Of a DNA stretch of 64,000 bases, positions 21,759 to 32,520 are shown one piece after another. The number at the start of each line of letters is the position of its first letter. Within the stretch, counting starts at the first letter, position 1. Source of the stretch: Gammaproteobacteria bacterium (GTDB taxonomy: Bacteria > Pseudomonadota > Gammaproteobacteria > GCA-001735895); NCBI GenBank assembly GCA_050298595.1, contig JBNKUM010000030.1, forward strand, positions 34,723 to 98,722, given 5' to 3'. The notes beneath the pieces were generated by a model, which worked only from the letters and a program-made list of their open reading frames with translations, did no database searches and was not told where the DNA came from. Made by a program: the position numbers and the translations under genes.

Positions 21759-23140
21759 TCACACAATGCGTACTTCAGTTTCCGGATCAAAAATAATGGC
21801 TTTAGAGGTATCAAACTTTAAGCGTATGGTATCGCCGATCCTGTACTCAGAAGATGACTGGACCCTGCTGACAACATTTGTTTCGTTCATATGGATGAAA
21901 ATTAACGTATCTGGTCCAGTGGTTTCATACATTGTTATGGTAGCGCTACAGGCTGGCAGCGAGGTAAACGCTGTACCATAAACGACATGGACGAAAACCA
22001 GCCCTGTCAGAGTGCCTGAGATACCAAGAACACCCAGTGTTTTTGCCACGGGTAGCAAGACCACCTGAAACGGGATAAAGCATCCAGTCAATAACATTCC
22101 AAAAAACAGATCAGAACCTTTAAAGCGCCATTGTGTCAGCACATATCCATTCACAGTACCCAGCATGGTTGAGATTAAAACTGCTGGTATCACCTTCACC
22201 ATAGAATTCCAGAAATATCCCTTCGGACCTTCACAGCTAACACTGGTACAGGCAGAGTTCCAGGCAATCCCCCAGGTCTCCAGAGTGGGTGATATGGGCA
22301 GGTCGAGAAGTCCTCCTGAACGAATTTCATCCATTGTTTTAATCGATGTGATAACCATGACAACCTGTGAATCAGTCATTGCGGCCACTCCTCACTTCAG
22401 AATAAAGATAGGGAACCATACTGTAAGCAGCATCATGGCGCTAACAGCACCCAGACCGAATCGAATGACTTGATCATTGTCTTACTATTTAAAGTAGTAG
22501 AAGGATCAAGGTCAACAAGAGCCTTACGGTTGAAATCTGCACCACCAACACCTGGCACAACTGACTCAAAGGTTGTTGCATCTTGCCAGGATTAACCACC
22601 ATGAGCGACAGAAATAAACACTGTGGCTTTAATTTTATCGTCAGCAACAAAAAACTCATTCCAGGTTGTTGGGATTTTGGCGCCAGCTTTCTTGAATATG
22701 GCTGGATTGGCCCACATCCAGTTAACGTGATATACATTCACGGGAACGGCAAACCTGTTTGCCTTTGTACTTCATCACATTTGCCACTACGTCTGGCAAT
22801 AACTTATCCCAGTTTCCTTTTTTGGCGACATCATCCAGATTCGCAAGCACACCTTCATCACCCCATTCCTGAATTGATGACCCTTTAATCCAGGCTGCTG
22901 TAGGCGGGTTACCAGAAACAACACGAGATTTGAGTACGGTCATAGCATTTTCGCCACCACCACCCGCTACTGCGAAGTCTTTCCAGGTATGGCCTTTTGC
23001 TTTGAGCAAGGACTTTAACGCGGCTGCTGAGCGCGCTTCACCACCCGAAGTCCAATAGTGAAGTACCTTAACTTCACCAGCTGATGCTGCCGTATCAAGC
23101 GACAGGGTGATTGCAGTTGTAACGAGAGATTTCTTTATAA
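21759..23140 (-). pseudogene. Collapsed glucose ABC transporter operon (fragments of binding protein, two permeases and ATPase; gtsABCD-like)
   Basis: Binding-protein piece [21 protein letters not shown] with frameshifts and stops, start apparently ATA; permease piece TSIKTMDEIR..FIPFQVVLLP joined in frame to an ATPase tail (ETTGPDTL..FDPETEVRI). Confidence 0.85.
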
Positions 23141-23215
23141 TTCCAGGAATTACTTCTTATCCTTTCAGGATTTATCAACGTTGTTCAACAGGAATTCCTG
23201 TCGATTAAAAAATTT

Positions 23216-24250
23216 TTATGTACTTTTATTATTTTCATGATGTGATACACCTAAATGGCTATATACATCCGCCAGTGCACAAGCGGCTCCAGTTAAAGCT
23301 GGATGCTTATCGATGATTACGAATACGGGGATGTTTTTAAGATAATTACTAAAACGCCCCTTTTGTTCAAAGCGTTGCATAAATGATGAGCCATGAAATG
23401 TTTCCAACAAGCGAGGGACAATGCCACCACCGATATATACCCCACCTTGAGCGCCTAAAGTTAAAGCCAGGTTTCCAGACACAACACCCAGCCACCCAAA
23501 AAACAATTCCATCACTTCTTTGCAGATAGGACAGGTTCCTGAAATAGCCCTTGAAGATATTTCATAAGCTTGCAATTGCTGCTTAGGTTTATTGTCAATT
23601 TCACAGATTGACTGGTAAATTTCGCATAATCCCGTACCGGAGAGTAAGCGCTCAGCAGACATGTGTCCGAATCGTTCCCATTGCTTTTGAAAGATTGCTA
23701 GCTCACGTTGCGTTGTAGCACCGATGGTTACATGACCGCCTTCTCCTTCTATCGGCATCCAGCCATCTCGCGATGGTAGCAGGCCTGAAACGCCAAGACC
23801 TGTTCCCGCTCCAATAACCGCTATGGTACTACTGTCGACTTTTATACCGTCTGAAACCTGTAATAACTGATCGGACAGAAGTTTAGGAATAGATAGCGCC
23901 AGGCCGGTAAAATCATTAATGAGTTTGACAAACTCCAGGTTGAATCTCTGGCACATTTCAGTCAAGGAAAATGTCCAGCCATTATTGGTCATCTTTATCG
24001 TTTCACTACGTACCGGCGTTGCAATAGCAAGGCAGGCTTTTCTAATCTGGATATTGGGGAATTGAGAAATATAGTCAGCTATCGCATCGTATACGGTTGA
24101 ATATTCACTGGTAGGATAGCTCTGAATAGCTTCTGGATGATTATATGATCCGTCATCGAACTCTGACACAAGTCCAAATCGAGCATTGGTTCCGCCAATA
24201 TCGCCAACAAGTACTCTATGAGTTATATGACCAGTTTCCTCTAGCTTCAT
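23216..24250 (-). CDS. glk: Glucokinase
   Basis: DIGGTNARF, INDF, GAGTGLG, EGGH, SAERLLSG, GGVYIGGGI. Confidence 0.95.
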   Translation of the reverse strand: MKLEETGHITHRVLVGDIGGTNARFGLVSEFDDGSYNHPEAIQSYPTSEYSTVYDAIADYISQFPNIQIRKACLAIATPVRSETIKMTNNGWTFSLTEMCQRFNLEFVKLINDFTGLALSIPKLLSDQLLQVSDGIKVDSSTIAVIGAGTGLGVSGLLPSRDGWMPIEGEGGHVTIGATTQRELAIFQKQWERFGHMSAERLLSGTGLCEIYQSICEIDNKPKQQLQAYEISSRAISGTCPICKEVMELFFGWLGVVSGNLALTLGAQGGVYIGGGIVPRLLETFHGSSFMQRFEQKGRFSNYLKNIPVFVIIDKHPALTGAACALADVYSHLGVSHHENNKST

Positions 24251-24357
24251 TTTATAATTATTAATTTGATTAAATTTATTTCGTAAAGTAAATTAAATCA
24301 ACAACCATATTTTGTCAATTATTTTTACTAACGAAATTTTTAACCTCGGGACTTTCA

Positions 24358-25557
24358 TTGAGCAAATCTAAGCACAACTTAAAATCAGATAAGTCGCGTC
24401 GTTCTGGTCCAGCGCTGATTCGACAGACAAACCGGTTGGCAATACTTCATTCAGTTCGAGAAATGGGTCCAGGCTCCAGAAGCGAGATCACCAAACGTCT
24501 GGGGCTTTCTCCTGCCGCTGTATCGGCAGTTGTTGAAGAATTGATTGTTGATGGGCTATTGATTGAAGGGGGATCTACCCTACCCACAAAAGGCCAGCGC
24601 GGTCGTCCTATAACTCCGATCATGTTGAATCCAGAAGCTGCTTACTCATTAGGGTTAACACTGCGTCCCTATCATAATCAATTAGAAATAGAAGGATCAT
24701 GGTGCAATTATGCAGGTGAAGTTAGCGTCACCTATTGCAGGCTGATAAGTGATAACAGCGATTGTGAATCGACACTTAAGGCCGTGAGCAAAGCGCTCAA
24801 CACACTAAGTAATGAGGTTCCAGACAAGTCACGTATTACAGCTGCTGGCATAGGAATTCCTGGGATAGCCACCACTGAACGCATTATGTTTGCGCCCAAC
24901 CTGTCTTTTTTAGAAGGCGATAGTTTTATTAAGACACTCACTGAACAACTTCCCTACCCTGTTTATCTGGAGAATGATGTCAATCTATCTGTGATATCAG
25001 AACTTGACCTGGTACCTGAACTTAAGCAAATGCGTTTTGCTTACCTGTATATTTCCAGTGGAGTAGGCGCTGGCATTGCAACCCATGGTAAACAAACATC
25101 AGGCTATGGATGGGTGGGTGAAATTGGTCATATTAATGTTCCGGCAGCCAATGGTCAGTTTAATTCGTTAGAAAAATTTCTAGGAATAGACGGTTATCTA
25201 GCCGAAGCATTACCCCGCTTAGGTCTGGCTAAAGACGACTGGGAAGAGTTGGCAAGACTTTGTTCAGTAGGTGATAGTAAAGCCGAGGAAGTGGTATTTA
25301 GTTATTCGGCTAATCTTTATTTAGCCTTGCAAATTCTGAATGCTGTTGCCGATCTGGATATTGTTGTTATCGATTTTCCGTCGAAAAGTCTGTATGAATT
25401 TATAGAGAAAGCGGTAAATAAGCTGATTAGTGAGTCTGTATTAAAAACAGAAATTATGCTCTGTAACAGTGAGCATCATAGCAGCGTTCGTGGTGCAGCA
25501 CTGAATGCGCTGATGATGTCACTGAACTCTCTGGAGTCGCGTAAAAGATCAGGCTAG
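24358..25557 (+). CDS. ROK-family transcriptional regulator
   Basis: N-terminal HTH (SRSEI..LSPAAVS..GRP); ROK motifs GIGIPG, ENDVN, GVGAG, GEIGH; divergent from glk. Confidence 0.88.
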   Translation: MSKSKHNLKSDKSRRSGPALIRQTNRLAILHSVREMGPGSRSEITKRLGLSPAAVSAVVEELIVDGLLIEGGSTLPTKGQRGRPITPIMLNPEAAYSLGLTLRPYHNQLEIEGSWCNYAGEVSVTYCRLISDNSDCESTLKAVSKALNTLSNEVPDKSRITAAGIGIPGIATTERIMFAPNLSFLEGDSFIKTLTEQLPYPVYLENDVNLSVISELDLVPELKQMRFAYLYISSGVGAGIATHGKQTSGYGWVGEIGHINVPAANGQFNSLEKFLGIDGYLAEALPRLGLAKDDWEELARLCSVGDSKAEEVVFSYSANLYLALQILNAVADLDIVVIDFPSKSLYEFIEKAVNKLISESVLKTEIMLCNSEHHSSVRGAALNALMMSLNSLESRKRSG

Positions 25558-25569
25558 CAAGCTAAACTC

Positions 25570-25803
25570 TTATCTAATAAGGGTGTTATCACGTAAATCA
25601 TCCAACTGGTCTTCCAGTTTCTGGATTTCCAGCCTGATGAATTTAGCTCTCGGTGAATTCGGATCCATTTGTTCGATTTTTTTTACCGAACTGGTCATTT
25701 CATTAATGGTTTTTACCAGTCTAATTTCATCTACAGATAAGTCGAAATTTCTAAGTCTTTGACTTACCGTTTGAGTTTCTTTATCAAATTTTGTCATACT
25801 CAT
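25570..25803 (-). CDS. Small coiled-coil hypothetical protein
   Basis: 77-aa ORF with protein-like composition and an upstream AGGT; family not recognised. Confidence 0.6.
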   Translation of the reverse strand: MSMTKFDKETQTVSQRLRNFDLSVDEIRLVKTINEMTSSVKKIEQMDPNSPRAKFIRLEIQKLEDQLDDLRDNTLIR

Positions 25804-26062
25804 TTTTGACCTGCACCTGTTATATTGTGTAGATAACCGACTTTGAAAGCCATGATCTAATTATTTATATAAGTCTATTTATAGACCGAGCTAAAAAAAA
25901 TGCTATGTTCTCGAGTAATATAGTTAAATTTAGCACTTTAAGTTTAGACCTAAACCCAAAGTAGAAGTATCTTTAAAATAATGCTCTAAAATCTTGAAAT
26001 AAGGGCGTATTCCATCCACATTATTGCAGAACTGGAGTAATTAAGTCCAATCATAAGTATAT

Positions 26063-26225
26063 AGGAGTCTGTTGGATTTAGTGATGAATCTACTGCGGAA
26101 AAGGCACTTTGGCCAACAATCCGATCATTTTCGTTAAATGGGCTCACTATTCGCCTCAAATGATCGAAATATTTGACTCAAAATGCCATTCCCTCGCTAC
26201 GATCACCTAAACCTGACAGGCTCCT
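26063..26225. mobile_element. ~163-bp MITE-like element
   Basis: Imperfect TIRs AGGAGTCTGTTGGATTTA ... TAAACCTGACAGGCTCCT and internal palindromes; ends a few bp from the yebC stop. Confidence 0.75.
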
Positions 26226-26232
26226 GGACGTT

Positions 26233-26949
26233 CTATAACTCGACATTGTGATATACATTCTGCACATCATCCAGATCGTTCAGCATATCGATGAATTTAT
26301 CAAACATTTCCACATCATCTTCACTTATTGGAGCTGAGTTCTGAGGCAGGTATTGAATTTCATCGACGTCGAAATCAATTTCACCAAAACTTTCAAGTAA
26401 GGCTTTTTTGGCGTTGAAATATTCAGTATGTGGTGCAAACACCGATATTTTACCCTCTTCATTTTCGATGTCGGTAACATCAACATCGGCCATCAACAAA
26501 GCTTCTAAAACGGCATCTTCATCATCGTGATCAAAAACAAGGATAGCACTGTGGTCAAACATGTGACTGACACTACCCTGTGTACCTATTTTAGACTTGG
26601 TCTTGGTAAAACATTGTCGAACATCGCCAAAGGTTCTATTCGGATTATCGGTAAGACACTCAATCATAACCATGCAGCCACCGGGACCGTAGCCTTCATA
26701 GATAGCGGGATAAAAGTCTTCACCACCACCCCCTTTAGCCTTGGTAAGTGCTTTTTCAATGACATGGCTGGGCACCTGATCCTTTTTGGCGCGATCAATC
26801 AGGCCACGTAAAGTTAGATTACCCTCCGGTTCGGCCCCACCCGCTTTTGCACAAACATATATTTCTCGGCCATATTTGCTGTAGACCTTGGCTTTGGCAT
26901 CAGATGTTTTAGCCATCGACTCTTTGCGGTTTTGGTAGGCTCTGCCCAT
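26233..26949 (-). CDS. yebC: YebC/PmpR family protein
   Basis: [34 protein letters not shown]. Confidence 0.93.
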   Translation of the reverse strand: MGRAYQNRKESMAKTSDAKAKVYSKYGREIYVCAKAGGAEPEGNLTLRGLIDRAKKDQVPSHVIEKALTKAKGGGGEDFYPAIYEGYGPGGCMVMIECLTDNPNRTFGDVRQCFTKTKSKIGTQGSVSHMFDHSAILVFDHDDEDAVLEALLMADVDVTDIENEEGKISVFAPHTEYFNAKKALLESFGEIDFDVDEIQYLPQNSAPISEDDVEMFDKFIDMLNDLDDVQNVYHNVEL

Positions 26950-27075
26950 GTATCGGCTCCTTAATGAAGACTGGTTGAAAATTGTGTGAATCTTACAGAT
27001 AACTGGTGATACAGAAAACTGTTTCAGAAAAAATTTCGTTTCTCTGAGTCAGGCACAAGTTTAAACCGCCATTTT

Positions 27076-27092
27076 AGGGCCTGTTAACACTA
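27076..27092 (+). repeat. Solo MITE terminal repeat
   Basis: AGGGCCTGTTAACACTA is the exact reverse complement of 28713-28729. Confidence 0.75.
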
Positions 27093-27106
27093 TCTACCAA
27101 CCTGGA

Positions 27107-27592
27107 CTAATCGTCAATTCCAGCAACAGTTACCTGAGGTAATTGAGGGGTAGATAGTTCAGTATTGTTTTTTGGAGGCATGACAGTTGCTTCCCCCTGA
27201 GTAACAACTTCACCCCTTTGATTGAGTACTTTACAGTCAAGTACCACATACTGTCGTTTTTCAATTTTTTCTTTTACCGTTAAAACTGCAGTTAAGGTAT
27301 CTCCAATCCGTACCGGTCGTTTAAATTTCAAATCCTGAGATATATAGACACTACCTGGCCCAGGCATAACCATACCGATAACTGTAGAGATTAATCCCGC
27401 CGACCACATACCATGAGCAATACGAGTTTCAAAAAGCGTAGTCGCTGCATATTCGTCATCAAAATGAACAGGATTTATATCCCCACTAGTTTCACCGAAC
27501 AGAACAATATCGCGTTCGGTTAATTGCCTGGTAAATCGACCTTCAGCACCAATCTCAAGGTCATCATATGTCTGTGGTTTTAATTTATTCAT
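27107..27592 (-). CDS. MaoC/PhaJ-family (R)-specific enoyl-CoA hydratase
   Basis: SGDINPVHFD, RIAHGM, PGPGSVY, FKRPVRIGD hot-dog fold motifs. Confidence 0.9.
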   Translation of the reverse strand: MNKLKPQTYDDLEIGAEGRFTRQLTERDIVLFGETSGDINPVHFDDEYAATTLFETRIAHGMWSAGLISTVIGMVMPGPGSVYISQDLKFKRPVRIGDTLTAVLTVKEKIEKRQYVVLDCKVLNQRGEVVTQGEATVMPPKNNTELSTPQLPQVTVAGIDD

Positions 27593-27978
27593 AAATATTA
27601 AGGGTTTATTAAGTTCTTATGGTCAGATATTGATGGGAAAATAATCAATAGAGAACTCCTGCAAAACTATTGAATATTGCCAAAGGTATATTAACTTATG
27701 TTTATTTTGGCTGCTCATTAAAGTTATACGCAACCATTGAAATTCAATCATAACCCATTGAGTTGTGACATGCTCTAGCTACGATTCTGAACTGAGTATT
27801 CATGATAATGGGTAGTTTCATGATGCTAATTTCGTGCTTGCAGGCTACTCTTTTATTTCTTTCACTAAAGATAAAGTGAACCGTGTATGCTGCAACGCAA
27901 TATATCACCGGGACAGACCATTAAATCCACTAATAAAACCCTTACATTTCAACAACTTAAAAAGTTAAAAATTTTTTG

Positions 27979-28007
27979 TTGACAAGCCCGATAAACAGGC
28001 CTATAAA
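27979..28007 (+). promoter_or_regulatory. Sigma70 promoter
   Basis: TTGACA (27979-27984), 17-bp spacer, TATAAA (28002-28007); AT-rich upstream tract. Confidence 0.8.
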
Positions 28008-28037
28008 GCGCACATTCAGACAACAGATATTTAGCTT

Positions 28038-28088
28038 ATGAGTACAAAACAACTTACTTTTACACATTTTTTAACACAGGGGTTTTAA
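28038..28088 (+). CDS. Putative attenuator leader peptide MSTKQLTFTHFLTQGF
   Basis: 16-codon ORF 30 bp after the -10 box; 3 Phe (all TTT) and 4 Thr; stop overlaps a hairpin upstream of a terminator. RBS weak. Confidence 0.5.
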   Translation: MSTKQLTFTHFLTQGF

Positions 28089-28120
28089 CCCAGTCTGTTG
28101 TGGTTCTACTTCGATTTTTG

Positions 28121-28147
28121 AAGGGTCGCCACAGGCGGCCCTTTTTT
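28121..28147 (+). terminator. Intrinsic terminator (attenuator-like)
   Basis: AAGGGTCGCC-aca-GGCGGCCCTT followed by a long T tract. Confidence 0.85.
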
Positions 28148-28192
28148 ATTTTTAACCTTAACTTTTTATTTTTACTTTTTTTGGAGACGATA

Positions 28193-28279
28193 ATGGAAAA
28201 CAAAATGATTGTTCAAGTTGGTATGGCATACATTGGTGCTATCCTGGCTTTATCGATGGTTTCTGTGCTAGTTGCATAA
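28193..28279 (+). CDS. 28-aa hydrophobic small protein MENKMIVQVGMAYIGAILALSMVSVLVA
   Basis: GGAG RBS at 28183-28186, ATG 28193, TAA 28277-28279; single TM-like helix; own terminator downstream. Below the ORF-track cutoff. Confidence 0.7.
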   Translation: MENKMIVQVGMAYIGAILALSMVSVLVA

Positions 28280-28299
28280 TTAAGACAGAATACGCTATC

Positions 28300-28331
28300 A
28301 AAAAAGGCACCCTACTTAGGGTGCCTTTTTT
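28300..28331 (+). terminator. Intrinsic (bidirectional-type) terminator
   Basis: AAAAAAGGCACCCTA-ct-TAGGGTGCCTTTTTT. Confidence 0.9.
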
Positions 28332-28370
28332 ATTTGCAGCTAGAATAAACATCCTCAGTATCCTGAACTC

Positions 28371-28730
28371 CAGGGCCTGCTAACACGTGTTGATTGCCAC
28401 TGCTGGAGGGCATTTTTTTCCAGCAAGGCAGAAGGCGCGCTGTGTAGTCATTCTACATAAGCAACTTATGTCCATGGAAGGACTGTATTTCGACAATGCA
28501 GGAGCAATTGTCGTGATAACGTAGCTGGGAGAAAAATGCCCCCAGCCCTTTAGGTTGTGGCTAAAAATGTGCCACTCGTTGTTGCCTACATGGACGTAGG
28601 TAAGGAGCGTGAGCAGGAGCGGAAGCTTTGCTCGTCGCTCATTTGGAATGACCAAACTTCGTTCCTCGCGCCTAGATTGGCACATTTTTAGCCACAACAG
28701 AGACAATCAAATTAGTGTTAACAGGCCCTG
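28371..28730. mobile_element. ~360-bp MITE with nested REP-like inserts
   Basis: TIRs CAGGGCCTG(C)TAACAC ... GTGTTAACAGGCCCTG; internal palindrome GTTGTGGCTAAAAATGTGCCA/TGGCACATTTTTAGCCACAAC; contains the 47-bp REP-like unit at 28584-28628. Confidence 0.85.
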
Positions 28731-28765
28731 ACCATCATGTAGAATACCGACTCTTCTTTTTCTGA

Positions 28766-30157
<1,392 letters not shown>

Positions 30158-30171
30158 AGGTAAATGTAGCC

Positions 30172-31326
30172 ATGTGGGAATTAAAGAACTTCGATGTCGA
30201 GTTGTTTCTAGCCGAGTACTGGCAAAAAAAACCTGTATTGATTCGACAGGCTTTTCCAGGTTTTCAAACTGTGCTTTCACCCGAAGAGCTTGCTGGCCTG
30301 GCCTGTGAAGAAGGTGTGCATTGCAGACTGGTGATAGAGAAAGATGCCGCAGAGCCCTGGCAATTAACCTATGGTCCGTTCAAGGAAGAAGACTTCACCA
30401 GCCTGCCAGAAACACATTATTCACTGCTGGTATCCGAATGCGAAAAATGGATTCCAGAGCTGCAGGATCTGGTTGAGTGTTTTAATTTTATCCCCAAATG
30501 GCGTATTGACGACCTGATGATTTCCTATGCCCCGGATCAGGGATCGGTCGGACCTCATATCGATGAATACGATGTGTTTCTGATTCAGGCCAATGGCAAG
30601 AGAGTCTGGTCTATCGAGAGCGAAATCAAACACAATCCAGAACTGGTTGGCGATGTGGATCTTGCTCTCATGAAGGAATTTAATGCTGATCAGGAATGGT
30701 TAATGGAACCAGGTGATATGTTATATCTACCACCCAAAATCCCCCATCATGGCGTTGCAGTAGGCGATGGATGTATGAATTATTCAGTCGGTTTTAGAGC
30801 TCCTGCGGTTAGCGATATCATGGATAGTTTCCTGATGGAAGCCAGTGATAAAGGTCTGACCGATGAACGTTATTATGATGTACCATTAAAACCAGGCCGC
30901 GATGCTGCTGAAATATGCGATGAAGATATCACTAAATTCAAATCTATGATTTACCAGATGCTGGATAAATCTGACCCCATATGGGCGGATGTAGTTGGTA
31001 AACTGGTTTCCGACAGCACGCTCTCAGAAGATGTTGAAACTATTCAATGTGACAGCATTGAACAAGCTTCACAACAGTTATGGCAGAAACACCCGGATAG
31101 TAAAATATTCTATCACCGCGATGACAGCCAATTGAGAGTCTACTTTAATGGAGAAGTTAAAGCTCTTGAAATTTCAGACATTAATTTCGATTTCTGTAAA
31201 ACATTATGTAACCAGTGCCTGATCACGATTAGTGATTATTACGACATACTACCGCAGGATGCACGCGAGCTATTTATGCAGCTAATCGACAGTCGAGCAT
31301 TAATCCCTGTACTGGATGATGACTGA
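30172..31326 (+). CDS. roxA: JmjC/cupin ribosomal protein uL16 hydroxylase-like (RoxA/YcfD)
   Basis: YWQKKPVLIR, WRIDDLMISYA, VGPHIDEYDVFL, PGDMLYLPP..HHG, YSVGFRAP; follows purB. Confidence 0.9.
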   Translation: MWELKNFDVELFLAEYWQKKPVLIRQAFPGFQTVLSPEELAGLACEEGVHCRLVIEKDAAEPWQLTYGPFKEEDFTSLPETHYSLLVSECEKWIPELQDLVECFNFIPKWRIDDLMISYAPDQGSVGPHIDEYDVFLIQANGKRVWSIESEIKHNPELVGDVDLALMKEFNADQEWLMEPGDMLYLPPKIPHHGVAVGDGCMNYSVGFRAPAVSDIMDSFLMEASDKGLTDERYYDVPLKPGRDAAEICDEDITKFKSMIYQMLDKSDPIWADVVGKLVSDSTLSEDVETIQCDSIEQASQQLWQKHPDSKIFYHRDDSQLRVYFNGEVKALEISDINFDFCKTLCNQCLITISDYYDILPQDARELFMQLIDSRALIPVLDDD

Positions 31327-31750
31327 GTACATGATACAGTTTGCCGACTGGAAAGAAGATGAAGAGCGCTTAACAGCACTACGTCATCAAGTGTTTGTTT
31401 GCGAACAAAAGGTACCCGTCGAGATTGAAATCGATGACATGGATAGTCAATGTCAGCATATAAAAGCCTGTCTGGAAGATGAACAGATCATTGGCACAGC
31501 ACGCCTGCTACCCGATAATTACGTAGGCAGGATGTGTGTAGCCAAAGAATATCGTCGCCAGGGCATTGCCGGGGCGATGCTAGAATTCATCATCCAGCAC
31601 GCCAGGTATCAAAATTTTAAATCGCTACACCTGAATGCCCAGATATCCGCTCAGCCTTTTTATGAAAGCTACGGATTTGTTGCAGATTCTGATATCTTTA
31701 TGGAAGCAGGCATACCACACAGACATATGAGCTTGCCACTCGACACCTGA
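31316..31750 (+). CDS. GNAT N-acetyltransferase (ElaA/YjcF-like)
   Basis: LRHQVFVCEQ, IGTARL, GRMCV..RRQG, FYESYGF, EAGIPH. Confidence 0.9.
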   Translation: MMTEYMIQFADWKEDEERLTALRHQVFVCEQKVPVEIEIDDMDSQCQHIKACLEDEQIIGTARLLPDNYVGRMCVAKEYRRQGIAGAMLEFIIQHARYQNFKSLHLNAQISAQPFYESYGFVADSDIFMEAGIPHRHMSLPLDT

Positions 31751-31791
31751 TCGTTAACCAGGATTACTAACTCAAATATAGAAAAATAACT

Positions 31792-32520
31792 ATGTCAAAC
31801 AATCACATACAGCACTCTTTTGATGCCGACTTACAGAATATCAAAAAACATATCATCGGTATGGCTGATATGGTCAACCTGGAAGTTAATGAAAGCCTTA
31901 GCGCATTCGCCGAGCGCAATGAAGATCAGGCAAATGATACGATGGAAACTGATCAACTGATCGATGCCAGTGAACGAATTATCGATAACGAAGTAGTCAG
32001 TGCCATCGTATCACATCAGCCTATGGCTACAGATTGTCGTCAGTTAGTAGCCGCGCTTCGCATTAGTCGAGAGCTGGAACGTATTGGTGACTATGCCTCC
32101 AATATCGCCATGCACTCAATTACTCTGGACCAGCTTGAATTAACCGGCGAAGAAATTCGAGTACTGGATATGGGGCACGCTGTTCTTACCATGCTGGAAG
32201 AAGTCATCGAAGCCTATACCGATGAGGATGCCAAAAAGGCAGAATTGATACGACAACAGGATGAAGCGATTGATGAGATTTACAGCAAAATTTTCGCCGA
32301 CCTGCTTCAGATAAATACTGAAAATCCGGGACAAGCCAGCGCCTGTACTCACCTGATATTTATTGCGCGTTTTCTGGAACGCATGGGAGATATCATTACC
32401 AATATCGCGGAAGAAATCCTGTTTATTATCAAAGGTGACTTTACTGCTGATACTCGGCCCAAAGCCGATACCACTGCTTTTATCAGCACAGATGATAGCA
32501 AATTGCAGCACTCGAATTAG
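31792..32520 (+). CDS. phoU: Phosphate signalling protein PhoU
   Basis: Two PhoU repeats: QPMATD, ELERIGDYASNIA, LERMGD..TNIAE. Confidence 0.92.
   Translation: MSNNHIQHSFDADLQNIKKHIIGMADMVNLEVNESLSAFAERNEDQANDTMETDQLIDASERIIDNEVVSAIVSHQPMATDCRQLVAALRISRELERIGDYASNIAMHSITLDQLELTGEEIRVLDMGHAVLTMLEEVIEAYTDEDAKKAELIRQQDEAIDEIYSKIFADLLQINTENPGQASACTHLIFIARFLERMGDIITNIAEEILFIIKGDFTADTRPKADTTAFISTDDSKLQHSN

Noticed and set aside
28380-28706. 108-aa minus-strand ORF
   Set aside because: Lies wholly inside the palindromic MITE; no protein-like features.
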